DNA of 64,000 bases, taken from the NCBI GenBank assembly GCA_030390025.1, contig JASTWF010000033.1:5892001-5956000 (forward strand), written 5' to 3'. The notes beneath the pieces were generated by a model. The model saw nothing but the letters and a program-made list of their open reading frames with translations, had not been told where the DNA came from and did not search any database. How positions within the stretch are numbered: position 1 is the first letter of the stretch; each line of letters opens with the position of its first letter. Positions 42,341 to 55,986 of this stretch are shown here, piece after piece. This DNA is from Squalus acanthias (lineage: Eukaryota). Position numbers and translations under genes: made by a program.

Positions 42341-44708
42341 CTGGGTGTTGTGTAATGAGGAAGGACTAATCAGCAATCTTTCGGTACGAGGCCCCCTGGG
42401 GAAGAGTGACCATAGTATGGTGGAGTTCTACATTAGGATGGAGAAGGAAACAGTTAATTCAGAGACCATGGTCCAGAACTTAAATAAGGGCAACTTTGAT
42501 GGTATGAGGCGTGAATTGGCGAGGTTAGATTGGCAAGCGATATTTAAGGGGCTATCAGTGGAAGGGCAATGGCAGACATTTAGAGATCGCATGGATGAAC
42601 TACAACAATTGTACATCCCGGTCTGGCGTAAAAATAAAAAAGGGAAGGTGGCTCAACCATGGCTAACAAGGGAAATCAGGGATAGTATTAAAACCAAGGA
42701 AGTTGCATACAAATTGGCCAGAAGTAGCAGCAAACCCGGGGACTGGGAAAACTTCAAAACTCAGCAGAGGAGGACGAAGGGTTTGATTAGGGCAGGGAAA
42801 ATAAAATATGAAAGGAAGCTTGCAGAGAACATTAAAATGGACTGCAAAAGCTTCTATAAATATGTAAAAAGAAAGAGGTTAGTAAAAACAAACGTAGGTC
42901 CCCTGCAGTCGGAAACAGGGGAAGTCGTAATGGGGAACAAGGAAATGAAAGATCAATTGAACAAGTACTTTGGTTCGGTGTTTACTGTGGAGGACACACA
43001 CAACCTGCCGGAAATAAAAGGGGTCGGAGGATCTGGTAAGAGGGAGGAGCTAAGGGAAATCCTTATTAGTCGGGAAAAGGTATTGGGGAAATTGATGGGA
43101 CTGAAGGCTGAAAAATCCCCGGGGCCTGATGGTCTGCATCCCAGAGTACTTAAGGAGGTGGCCTTGGAAATAGTGGATGCATTGACGATCATTTTCCAAC
43201 ATTCCTTAGACTCTGGATCAGTTCCGATGGAGTGGAGGGTGGCCAATGTACCCCTCTTTTTAAAAAAGGAGGGAGGGAGAAAGCAGGGAATTATAGACCG
43301 GTCAGCCTGACATCGGTTGTGGGTAAAATGATGGAAGCAATTATTAAAGATGTCATAACAGACCATTTGGAAAGTGGCGACATGATAGGTCCAAGTCAGC
43401 ATGGATTTGTGAAAGGGAAATCATGCTTGACAAATCTTCTGGAATTTTTTGAGGATGTTTCCAATAGGGTGGACAGGGGGGAACCAGTAGATGTGGTGTA
43501 TTTGGACTTTCAGAAGGCCTTCGACAAGGTCCCACACGAGAGATTGGTGAGCAAAGTTAATGCACATGGGATTGGGGGTAATGTGTTGACGTGGATTGAG
43601 AACTGGTTGGCACACAGGAAACAAAGAGTAGGAGTAAATGGGTACTTTTCAGAATGGGAGGCAGTGACTAGCGGGGTACCGCAGGGTTCGGTGCTGGGAC
43701 CCCAGCTGTTTACATTATATATTAATGATTTGGACGAAGGGATTAAATGTAATATCTCCAAATTTGCGGATGACACTAAATTGGGAGGCAGTGTGAACAA
43801 TGAGGAGGATGCTAGGAGGCTACAGAGTGACTTCGACAGATTGGGTGAATGGGCAAATGTATGGCAGATGAAGTACAATGTGGATAAGTGTGAGGTTATC
43901 CACTTTGGTGGTAAAAATAGAGAGGCGGACTATTACCTGAATGGTGGCAGATTAGGGAAAGGGGAGGTGCAACGAGACCTGGGCGTCATGGTACATCAGT
44001 CACTGAAGGTGGGAATGCAAGTGCAGCAGGCAGTCAAGAAAGCAAACGGAATGATGGCCTTCATAGTAAGGGGATTTGAGTACAGGAGTAGGGAGGTGAT
44101 GCTGCAGTTGTACAGGGCCTTGGTGAGGCCACACCTGGAGTATTGTGCGCAGTTTTGGTCTCCTAACTTAAGGAAGGACATTCTTGCTATTGAGGGAGTG
44201 CAGCGAAGGTTCACTAGATTGATTCCTGGGATGGCCGGACTGACATATCAAGAAAGATTGGGTCAACTGAACTTGTATCCTCTGGAGTTCAGAAGAATGA
44301 GGGGCGATCTTATAGAGACATTTAAAATCCTGACTGGTTTAGACAAATTAGATGCGGGCAGAATGTTCCCAATGTTAGGGAAAACTAGAACCAGGGGTCA
44401 CAGTCTAAGGATTAAGGGGAAGCCATTTAAGACTGAGCTGAGGAGGAACTTCTTCACTCAGAGAGTGGTGAATCTATGGAATTATCTTCCACAGAAGGTT
44501 GTTGAGGCCAGTTCGCTAAATATATTCAAAAGTGAGTTAGATATAACACTCACAACTAGGGGGATCAAGGGGTATGGCGAGAAAGCAGGAATGGGGTACT
44601 GAGGTAGCATGTTCAGCCATGAACGCATTGAATGGCGGTGCAGGCTCGAAGGACCGAATGGTCTACTCCTGTACCTATTTTCTATGTTTCTATGTCTATG
44701 TTTCTATG
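42341..44708 (+). mobile_element. 5'-truncated CR1 LINE, copy 1 (end of APE endonuclease, RT, 3' UTR)
   Basis: Reads WVLCNE..PLGKSDH (endonuclease C-terminus), then KSPGPDG, NYRPVSLTS, PQGSVLGP and FADD. Stop at 44600-44602, then a (TTTCTATG)n tail. One frameshift near 43250 in ANV/TPLFKKG. Confidence 0.97.
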
Positions 44709-47700
44709 TAAATTAACAATTACCTGTAACTTTATTCCCGGGTGTAAAGGATACCATGTGTAAATTAACAATTAACTGTAACTTTATTGCCCGGTGCAGA
44801 GGATACCATGTGTAAATAAACAATTAACTGTAACTTTATTCCCCGGTGCAGAGGGTACCATGTGTAAATTAACAATTAACTGTAAATTATTCCCCGATGT
44901 AGAGGATACCATGTGTAAATTAACAATTAACTGTAAATTATTCCCCGGTGTAGAGGATACCATGTGTAAATAAACTATTAACTGTAACTGTATTCCTCGC
45001 TGTCGGGGATACCATGTGTAAATTAACAATTAACTGTAAATTTATTCACTGGTGTGGAGGATACCATGTTTAAATTAACAATTAACTGTAACTTTATTCA
45101 CTTGTGTAAAGGATACCATGTGTAAATTAACAATAAACTGTAACATTATTCACTGGTGCAGAGGATACCAAGTGTAAATTAACAATAAACTGCAACTTTA
45201 TTAACAGCTGTAGAGAATACCTTGTGTAAATTAACAATTAACTGTAACTTTATTAACTGCTGTAAAGGATACCATGTGTAAATTAACAATGAAATGTAAC
45301 TTTATTGCCCGGTGCAGAGGATACCATGTGTAAATTAACAATTAACTGTAACTTTATTCCCCGGTACAGAGGATACCATGTGTAAATTAACAATTAACTG
45401 TCACTTTATTCCCTGTTGTAGAGCATACCATGTTTAAATTGACAATTAACTGTAAATTTATTCCCCGGTGTACTGGATACAATGTTTAAATTAACAATTT
45501 ACTGTAAGTGTATTACCCGGGGAGGAGGATAAAACGTGTAAATTTACAATTAACTGTGTCTTTATTCCCTGGTGTAGAGGATACCATGTGTAAATTATCA
45601 ATTAACTGTAACTTTATTCCACGGTGTAGAGCAAACAATGTTTAAATTAACAATTAACTTCAATTTTAGTCCCCGGTGCAGCGGATACAATGTTTATATT
45701 AACAATTTCCTGTAACATTATTACCTGGTGTAGTGGATTCCATGTGTAAATTAACAATTAACTGCAAATTTATTCCCCTGTGTAGAGGATACCATGTGTA
45801 AATTTACAATTAACTGCAAATTTATTCCCGAGGGAAGAGGATACAATGTTTAAATTAACAATTTCCTGTAACTTTATTCCCTGCTGTAGTGGATTCCATG
45901 TGTAAATTTACAATTAACTGCAAATTTATTCCCGGGGGAAGAGGATACCACGTGTAAATTAACAATTTACTGCAAATTTAATCTCCGGTGTAGAGGATAC
46001 CAAGTGTAAATTAACAATTAACTGCAACTTTTTTAACTGCTGTAGAGAATACCTTTTGTAAATTAACAATTAACTGTAAATTATTCCCCGATGTAGAGGA
46101 TAACATGTGTAAATTAAAAATTAACTGTAAATTATTCCCCGGTGTAGAGGATACCATGTGTAAATTAAACATTAACTGTAACTGCATTCCTCGCTGTCGG
46201 GGATACCATGTGTAAATTAACAATTAACTGTAAATTTATTCCCTGGTGTGGAGGATACCATGTTTAAATTAATAATTAACTGTAACTTTATTCACTTGTG
46301 TAAAGGATACCATGTGTAAATTAACAATTAACTGTAACATTATTCACTGGTGCAGAGGATACCAAGTGTAAATTAACAATTAACTGAAACTTTATTAACT
46401 GCTGTAGAGAATATCATGTGTAAATTAACAATTAACTGTAACTTTCTTAACTGGTGTAAAGGATACCATGTGTAAATTAACAATTAACTGCAACTTTTTC
46501 ACTGCTGTAGAGGATACTTTGTGTAAATTAACAATTAACTGTAAATTTATTCACTGCTGCAGAGGATACCATGTGTAAAATAACAATTAACTGTAACTTT
46601 ATTCCCCGGTGCAGCGGATACCATGCGTAAATTAACAAATTACTGTAACTTTATTCACAGGTGCAGAGGATACCATGTGTAAATTAACAATTAAGTGTAA
46701 CTTTATTCCCCGCTGTAGAGGATAAAATGTTTAAATTAACAATTAACTGTTACTATATTTCCCGGTGCAGAGGATACCATATGTAAATTGACAATTAACT
46801 GGATCTTTATCACCCGGTGTAGTGGCTAAAATGTTTAAATTAACACTTAACTGTAACTTTATTCCCCGGTGTAGAGGATACAATGTTTAAATTAACAATT
46901 TACTGTAACTGTATTACCCGGTGTGGAGGATACCTCGTGTAAATTTACAATTAACTGTGTCTTTATTCCCTAGTGTAGAGGATACCATGTGTAAATTATC
47001 AATTAACTGTAACTTTATTCCACGGTGTAGAGCAAACAATGTTTAAATTAACAATTAACTTCAATTTTAGTCCCCGGTGCAGCGGATACAATGTTTATAT
47101 TAACAATTTCCTGTAACATTATTACCTGGTGTAGTGGATTCCATGTGTAAATTAACAATTAACTGCAAATTTATTCCCCTGTGTAGAGGATACCATGTGT
47201 AAATTTACAATTAACTGCAAATTTATTCCCGAGGGAAGAGGATACAATGTTTAAATTAACAATTTCCTGTAACTTTATTCCCTGCTGTAGTGGATTCCAT
47301 GTGTAAATTTACAATTAACTGCAAATTTATTCCCGGGGGAAGAGGATTCCACGTGTAAATTAACAATTTACTGCAAATTTAATCTCCGGTGTAGAGGATA
47401 CCAAGTGTAAATTAACAATTAACTGCAACTTTTTTAACTGCTGTAGAGAATACCTTTTGTAAATTAACAATTAACTGTAAATTATTCCCCGATGTAGAGG
47501 ATAACATGTGTAAATTAAAAATTAACTGTAAATTATTCCCCGGTGTAGAGGATACCATGTGTAAATAAACTATTAACTGTAACTGTATTCCTCGCTGTCG
47601 GGGATACCATGTGTAAATTAACAATTAACTGTAAATGTATTCACTGGTGTGGAGGATACCATGTTTAAATTAACCAATTAACTGTAACTTTATTCACTTG

Positions 47701-50700
47701 TGTAGAGGATACCATGTGTAAATTAACTATTAACTGTAACTTTTTCGCTGTTTTTGTGGATACAATGTGTAAATTAACAATTAACAGTAACTTTTTTCCA
47801 CGGTGTAGAGGATACCATGTTTAAATTAACAATTAAATGTTACTTTATTGCACGGTGTAGAGTATTCCATGTGTAAATTAACGATTAACTGTAACTTTTT
47901 TCCCTGGTGTGGAGGATACCATGTGTAAATTAACAATTAACTGTAACATTATTTACCGGTGTAGAGAATCTCTTGTGTGAATTAACAAATTACTGTAACT
48001 TTATTCCCCGGTGTTGTGGATACAATGTTTAATTTAACAAATAACTGTAACTTTTTCACTGCTGTAGTGAATACAATGTGTAAATTAACAATTAACTGTA
48101 ACTTTATTCCGCGGTGTAGAGGATACCATGTTTAAATTAACAATTATCTGTAACTTTATTCCCTGGTGTAGAGGATTCCATGTGTAAATTAACGATTAAC
48201 TGTAATTTATTAACTGCTGTCGGGGCTACCATGTGTAAATTAACAATTAACTGTATATTGATTAACTGCTGTAGGGGATACCATGTGAAAATTAACAATT
48301 AACTGTAACTTTATTCCCTGGTGTCGAGGATACCATGTGTAAATTAACAATTATATGTAACTTTATTCCCCGGTGTAGAAGATACCCTATGTAAATTCAC
48401 AATTAACGGTAACTTTATTCCGCGGTGTAGTGGATACTATGTTTAAATTAACAATTAACTGTAACTTTATTCCGCGGTGTAGTGGATACTATGTTTAAAT
48501 TAACAATTAACTGTAACTTTATACCCCGTTGTAGAGTATACCATATGTAAATTGACAATTTACTGTAACTTTATTCCCTGGTGCAGAGGATATCATGTGT
48601 AAATTAACAATTTACTGTAACTTTATTCACTGGTGCAGAGGATACCATGTGTAAAATAACAATTTACTGTAACTTTATTCTCCGGTGCAGTGGATACATT
48701 GTTTATATTAATAATTAACTGTAACTTTATTCCCCGATGTTGAGGACACCATATGTAAATTAACAATTAACTGTAACTTTATTCCCCGGTGTAGAGGATA
48801 CCTTGTGTGAATTAAAAAATACTGTAACTTTATTCCCCGGTGTAGAGAATACCTTGTGTGAATTTAAAAAATACTGTAACTTTATTCCCCGGTGTTGAGG
48901 ACACCATGTGTAAATTAACAATTATCTGTAACTTTATTCCCTGGTGTAGAGTATTCCATGTGTAAATTAACGATTAACTGTATCTTTATTCCCTGGTGTA
49001 GAGTATTCCATGTGTAAATTAACAATTATCTGTAACTTTTTTCCTGGAGTAGAGTATTCCATGTGCAAATTAACGAGTAACTGTAACTTTATTCCCTGGT
49101 GTAGAGTATTCCTTGTGTAAATTAACGATTAACTGTAATTTTATTCCCTGGTGTAGAGTATTCCATGCGTAAATTAACAATTAACTGTAACTTCATTAAC
49201 TGCTGTAGAGGATTCCATGTGTAAATTGACAATTAACTGTAACTTTCTTCCCCGGTGTCCAGGATACCATGTGTAACTTAACAATTAACAGTAACTTTAA
49301 TCCCCGGTGTAGAAGATATCATGTGAAAATTAACAATTAACTGTAACTTTATTCCCCGGTGTAGAGGATACGATGTGTAAGTTTATATTTAACTGCAACT
49401 TTATTTACCGGTGTTTATATTACCATGTGTAAATTAAAATTTAACTATATCTTTTGTTCCTTGTGTGGAGGAAAACATGTGTAAATTATCAATTAACTGT
49501 CAATTTATTCACTGCTGTAGAGGATACTTTGTGTAAATTAACAATTAACTGTCAATTTATTCACTGCTGTAGAGGATACTTTGTGTAAATTAACAATTAA
49601 CTGTAAATTTATTCACTGCTGTAGAGGATACCATGTGTAAAATAACAATTAATTGTAACATTATACCCGGTGCAGCGGATACCATGCGTAAATTAACAAA
49701 TTACTGTAACTTTATTCACAGGTGCAGAGGATACCATGTGTAAATTATCAAGTAACTGTAACTTTATTCCCCGCTGTAGAGGATAAAATGTTTAAATTAA
49801 CAATTAACTATTACTATATTTCCTGGTGCAGAGGATTCCATATGTAAATTGACAATTAACTGGATCTTTATCACCCGGTGTAGTGGATTAAATGTTTAAA
49901 TTAACACTTAACTGTAACTTTATTCCCCGGTGTAGAGGATACAATGTTTAAATTAACAATTCACTGTAACTGTATTACCCGGGGAGGAGGATACCTCGTG
50001 TAAATTTACAATTAACTGTGTCTTTATTCCCTGGTGTAGAGGATACCATGTGTAAATTATCAATTAACTGTAACTTTATTCCACGGTGTAGAGCATACAA
50101 TGTTTAAATTAACAATTGAATTCAATTTTAGTCCCCGGTGTAGAGGATACAATGTTTAAAATAACAATTTCCTCTCACTTTATTACCTGGTGCAGTGGAT
50201 ACCACGTGTAAATTAACGATTAACTGCAAATTTATTCCCCGGTGCAGAGGATACCACGTGTAAATTAACGATTAACTGCAAATTTATTCCCCGGTGTAGA
50301 GGATACCATGTGTAAGTTTACAATTAACTGCAAATTTATTCCCCGGTGTAGAGAATACCACGTGTAAATTAACGATTAACTGCAAATTTAATCCCCGGTG
50401 TAGAGGATATCCATTTGTAAATTAACAATTCACTGTAACTTTATTCCCTGGTGTAGAGGATACCATGTGTAAATTAACAATTAACTGTAACTTTATTCCC
50501 CGGTGTAGAGGAATTCATGTGTAAATTAAAAATTAAGTGTGAATTATTCCCCGGTGTAGAGGATATCATGTGTAAATTAACAATTAACTGTAAATTATTC
50601 CCCGATGTAGAGGATACAATGTGTAAATAAACTATTAACTGTAACTGTATTCCTCGCTGTCGGGGATACCATGTGTAAATTAACAATTAACTGTAAATTT

Positions 50701-53618
50701 ATTCACTGGTGTGGAGGATACCATGTTTAAATTAACAATTAACTGTAACTTTATTCACTTGTGTAAAGGATACCATGTGTAAATTAACAATTAACTGTAA
50801 CATTATTCACTGCTGCAGAGGATACCAATTGTAAATTAACAATTAACTGCAACTTTATTAACAGCTGTAGAGAATACCTTGTGTAAATTAACAATTAACT
50901 GTAACTTTATTAACTGTTGTAAAGGATACCATGTGTAATTTAACAATTAAATGTAACTTTATTGCCCGGTGCAGAGGATACCATGTGTAAATTAACAATT
51001 AACTGTAACTTCATTCCCCGGTACAGAGGACACCATGTGTAAATTAACATTTAACTGTAACTTTTTTCACTGCTGTAGAGGATACCATGTGTAAATTAAC
51101 AATTAACTGTCACTTTATTCCCTGTTGTAGAGAATACCATGTTTAAATTAACAATTAACTGTAAATTTATTCCCCGGTGTAGTGGATACAATGTTTAAAT
51201 TAACAATTTACAGTAACTGTATTACCCGGGGAGGAGGAAAAAACGTGTAAATTTACAATTAACTGTGTCTTTATTCCCTGGTGTAGAGGATACCATGTGT
51301 AACTTATCAATTAACTGTAACTTTATTCCACGGTGTAGAGCAAACAATGTTTAAATTAACAATTAACTTCAATTTTAGTCCCCGGTGCAGCGGATACAAT
51401 GTTTAAATTAACAAATTCCTGTAACATTATTACCTGGTGTAGTGGATTCCAGGTGTAAATTAACAATTAACTGCAAATTTATTCCCCGGTGTAGAGGATA
51501 CCATGTGTAAATTATCAATTAACTGCAACTTTATTCCCCGGTGTTGTGGATACAATGTTTAAATTAACATTCAACTGCAAATTTATTCCCGGGGGAAGAG
51601 GATACAATGTTTAAATTAACAATTTCCTGTAACTTTATTCCCTGCTGTAGTGGATTCCATGCGTAAATTTACAATTAACTGCAAATTAATTCCCGGGGGA
51701 AGAGGATACCACGTGTAAATTAACAATTAACTGCAAATTTAATCTCCGGTGTAGAGGATACCAAGTGTAAATTAACAATTAACTGCAACTTTTTTAACTG
51801 CTGTAGAGATACCTTGTGTAAATTAACAATTAACTGTGAATTATTTCCGATGTAGAGGATACCATGTGTAAATTAAACATTAAATGTAACTGTATTCCTC
51901 GCTGTCGGGGATACCATGTGTAAATTAACAATTAACTGTAAATTTATTCCCCGGTGTGGAGGATACCATGTTTAAATTAACAATTAACTGAAATTTTATT
52001 AACTGGTGCAGAGGAGACCAAGAGTAAATTAACAATTAACTGTAACTTTATTAACTGGTGTAAAGGATACCATGTGTAAATTAACAATTAACTGCAAATT
52101 TTTCAATGCTGTAGAGGATACCATGTGTAAATTAAGAATTAACTATAACTTTATTCCCTGGTGCAGAGGATACCATGTGTAAATTAACAATTAGCTGTAA
52201 CTTTATTCCCGGTGTAGAGGATACCATGTGTAAATTAACAATTAACTGCAACTTTTTCACTGCTGTAGAGGATACCATGTGTAAATTAACAATTAACTAT
52301 AACTTTATTCCATGGTGCAGAGGATACCATGTGTAAATTAACAATTAACTGTAACTTTATTCCCCGGTGTCGAGGATACCAAGCGTAAATTAACAAATTA
52401 CTGTATCATTATTCACTGGTGCAGAGGATGCCATGTGTAAATTAACAATTAACTGTAACTTTATTCCCCGGTGTAGTGGATGCAATGTTTACATTAACAA
52501 TTTACTGTAACTGTATTACACGGTGTGGAGGACACCATGTGTAAATTTACAATTAACTGCAACTTTATTCCCTGGTGTAGAGGATACAATGTTTAAATTA
52601 ACAATTTCCTGTAACTTTATGTCCTGGTGTAGTGGATTCCATGTGTAAATTTATAATTAACTGCAAATTTATTCCCCGGTGTAGAGGATACCATGTGTAA
52701 ATTAACAATTCAATGTAAATTATTCCCCGGTGTAGAGGATACCATGTGTAAATTAACAATTAACTTTAACTTTATTCACTGCTGCAGAGGATAGCCTCAG
52801 TAAATTATCAATTTGCTGCAAATGTTTTCCCTGGTGTAGAGGATACCATGTTTAAATTAACAATTAACTGTAAATTTATTCCCCGGTGTAGAGTATACCA
52901 TGTGTAAATTAAAGATTAACTGTAAATTTATTCCCTTGTGTTGCGTATTCCATGTGTAAATTAACAATTAATTGTAACTTTATTAACTGCTGTAGGGGAT
53001 ACCATGTGTAAATTAACAATTAACTGTAACTTTATTCCCCGTTGTAGAGTATACCAAGCGTAAATTAACAAATTAATGTATCATTATTCACTCGTGCAGA
53101 GGATACCATGTGTAAATTAACAATTAACTGTAACTTTATTCATCCGTGTAGAGGATAAAATGTTTAAATTAACTGTAACTTTATTCCCCGGTGTAGAGGA
53201 TACAATGTTTAAATAACAAATTTCCTGTAACTTTATGTCCTGGTGTAGTGGATTCAATGTGTAAATTAACAATTAACTGCATATTTATTCCCCGGTGTAG
53301 AGGATACCATGTGTAAATTAACAATTCAATGTAACTTTATTCACTGCTGCAGAGGATAGCATCAGTAAATTATCAATTTGCTCCAAATTTTTTCTCTGCT
53401 GTAGAGGATACCATGAGTAAATTAACAATTAACTGTAACTTTATTCCCTGTTGTAAAGCATAGCATGTGTAAATTAACAATTAACTGTAACTTTATTCCC
53501 TGGTGTAAAGGATACAATGTGTAAATTAACAATTAACTGTAGCATTATTCACTTGTGCAGAGGATACCATGTGTAAATTAACAATTAACTGCAACATTAT
53601 TAACTGCTGTAGAGAATA
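44709..53618 (+). repeat. 52-bp satellite array, segment 2
   Basis: Same monomer and orientation as segment 1. Confidence 0.98.
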
Positions 53619-55986
53619 CTGGGTGTTGTGTAATGAGGAAGGACTAATCAGCAATCTTTCGGTACGAGGCCCCCTGGGGAAGAGTGACCATAGTATGGTG
53701 GAGTTCTACATTAGGATGGAGAAGGAAACAGTTCATTCAGAGACCATGGTCCAGAACTTAAATAAGGGCAACTTTGATGGTATGAGGCGTGAATTGGCGA
53801 GGTTAGATTGGCAAGCGATATTTAAGGGGCTATCAGTGGAAGGGCAATGGCAGACATTTAGAGATCGCATGGATGAACTACAACAATTGTACATCCCGGT
53901 CTGGCGTAAAAATAAAAAAGGGAAGGTGGCTCAACCATGGCTAACAAGGGAAATCAGGGATAATATTAAAACCAAGGAAGTTGCATACAAATTGGCCAGA
54001 AGTAGCAGCAAACCCGGGGACTGGGAAAACTTCAAAACTCAGCAGAGGAGGACGAAGGGTTTGATTAGGGCAGGGAAAATAAAATATGAAAGGAAGCTTG
54101 CAGAGAACATTAAAATGGACTGCAAAAGCTTCTATAAATATGTAAAAAGAAAGAGGTTAGTAAAAACAAACGTAGGTCCCCTGCAGTCGGAAACAGGGGA
54201 AGTCGTAATGGGGAACAAGGAAATGAAAGATCAATTGAACAAGTACTTTGGTTCGGTGTTTACTGTGGAGGACACACACAACCTGCCGGAAATAAAAGGG
54301 GTCGGAGGATCTGGTAAGAGGGAGGAGCTAAGGGAAATCCTTATTAGTCGGGAAAAGGTATTGGGGAAATTGATGGGACTGAAGGCTGAAAAATCCCCGG
54401 GGCCTGATGGTCTGCATCCCAGAGTACTTAAGGAGGTGGCCTTGGAAATAGTGGATGCATTGACGATCATTTTCCAACATTCCTTAGACTCTGGATCAGT
54501 TCCGATGGAGTGGAGGGTGGCCAATGTACCCCTCTTTTTAAAAAAGGAGGGAGGGAGAAAGCAGGGAATTATAGACCGGTCAGCCTGACATCGGTTGTGG
54601 GTAAAATGATGGAAGCAATTATTAAAGATGTCATAACAGACCATTTGGAAAGTGGCGACATGATAGGTCCAAGTCAGCATGGATTTGTGAAAGGGAAATC
54701 ATGCTTGACAAATCTTCTGGAATTTTTTGAGGATGTTTCCAATAGGGTGGACAGGGGGGAACCAGTAGATGTGGTGTATTTGGACTTTCAGAAGGCCTTC
54801 GACAAGGTCCCACACAAGAGATTGGTGAGCAAAGTTAATGCACATGGGATTGGGGGTAATGTGTTGACGTGGATTGAGAACTGGTTGGCACACAGGAAAC
54901 AAAGAGTAGGAGTAAATGGGTACTTTTCAGAATGGGAGGCAGTGACTAGCGGGGTACCGCAGGGTTCGGTGCTGGGACCCCAGCTGTTTACATTATATAT
55001 TAATGATTTGGACGAAGGGATTAAATGTAATATCTCCAAATTTGCGGATGACACTAAATTGGGAGGCAGTGTGAACAATGAGGAGGATGCTAGGAGGCTA
55101 CAGAGTGACTTCGACAGATTGGGTGAATGGGCAAATGTATGGCAGATGAAGTACAATGTGGATAAGTGTGAGGTTATCCACTTTGGTGGTAAAAATAGAG
55201 AGGCGGACTATTACCTGAATGGTGGCAGATTAGGGAAAGGGGAGGTGCAACGAGACCTGGGCGTCATGGTACATCAGTCACTGAAGGTGGGAATGCAAGT
55301 GCAGCAGGCAGTCAAGAAAGCAAACGGAATGATGGCCTTCATAGTAAGGGGATTTGAGTACAGGAGTAGGGAGGTGATGCTGCAGTTGTACAGGGCCTTG
55401 GTGAGGCCACACCTGGAGTATTGTGCGCAGTTTTGGTCTCCTAACTTAAGGAAGGACATTCTTGCTATTGAGGGAGTGCAGCGAAGGTTCACTAGATTGA
55501 TTCCTGGGATGGCCGGACTGACATATCAAGAAAGATTGGGTCAACTGAACTTGTATCCTCTGGAGTTCAGAAGAATGAGGGGCGATCTTATAGAGACATT
55601 TAAAATCCTGACTGGTTTAGACAAATTAGATGCGGGCAGAATGTTCCCAATGTTAGGGAAAACTAGAACCAGGGGTCACAGTCTAAGGATTAAGGGGAAG
55701 CCATTTAAGACTGAGCTGAGGAGGAACTTCTTCACTCAGAGAGTGGTGAATCTATGGAATTATCTTCCACAGAAGGTTGTTGAGGCCAGTTCGCTAAATA
55801 TATTCAAAAGTGAGTTAGATATAACACTCACAACTAGGGGGATCAAGGGGTATGGCGAGAAAGCAGGAATGGGGTACTGAGGTAGCATGTTCAGCCATGA
55901 ACGCATTGAATGGCGGTGCAGGCTCGAAGGACCGAATGGTCTACTCCTGTACCTATTTTCTATGTTTCTATGTCTATGTTTCTATG
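53619..55986 (+). mobile_element. 5'-truncated CR1 LINE, copy 2 (duplicate of copy 1)
   Basis: Offset exactly 11278 bp from copy 1, with identical junctions, tail and frameshift. Three amino-acid differences are visible in the ORF track (N/H, S/N, E/K). Confidence 0.97.

Noticed and set aside
42291..43310. 339-aa ORF as a novel chimeric gene (also 53569-54588)
   Set aside because: The first 17 residues come from a satellite ATG in frame by chance with truncated CR1 ORF2. It lacks most of the endonuclease and ends after a frameshift.
42428..44214. Antisense ORFs over CR1 copies (also 6625-7587, 54231-55492, 63625-63906)
   Set aside because: These are shadow frames of LINE ORF2 with no independent support.
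43232..44602. 456-aa stand-alone reverse transcriptase (retron, DGR or telomerase-like system with the repeats; also 54510-55880)
   Set aside because: It starts at GTG and is the post-frameshift part of an ordinary CR1 ORF2 followed by its 3' UTR and tail. Its openness is explained by young age.
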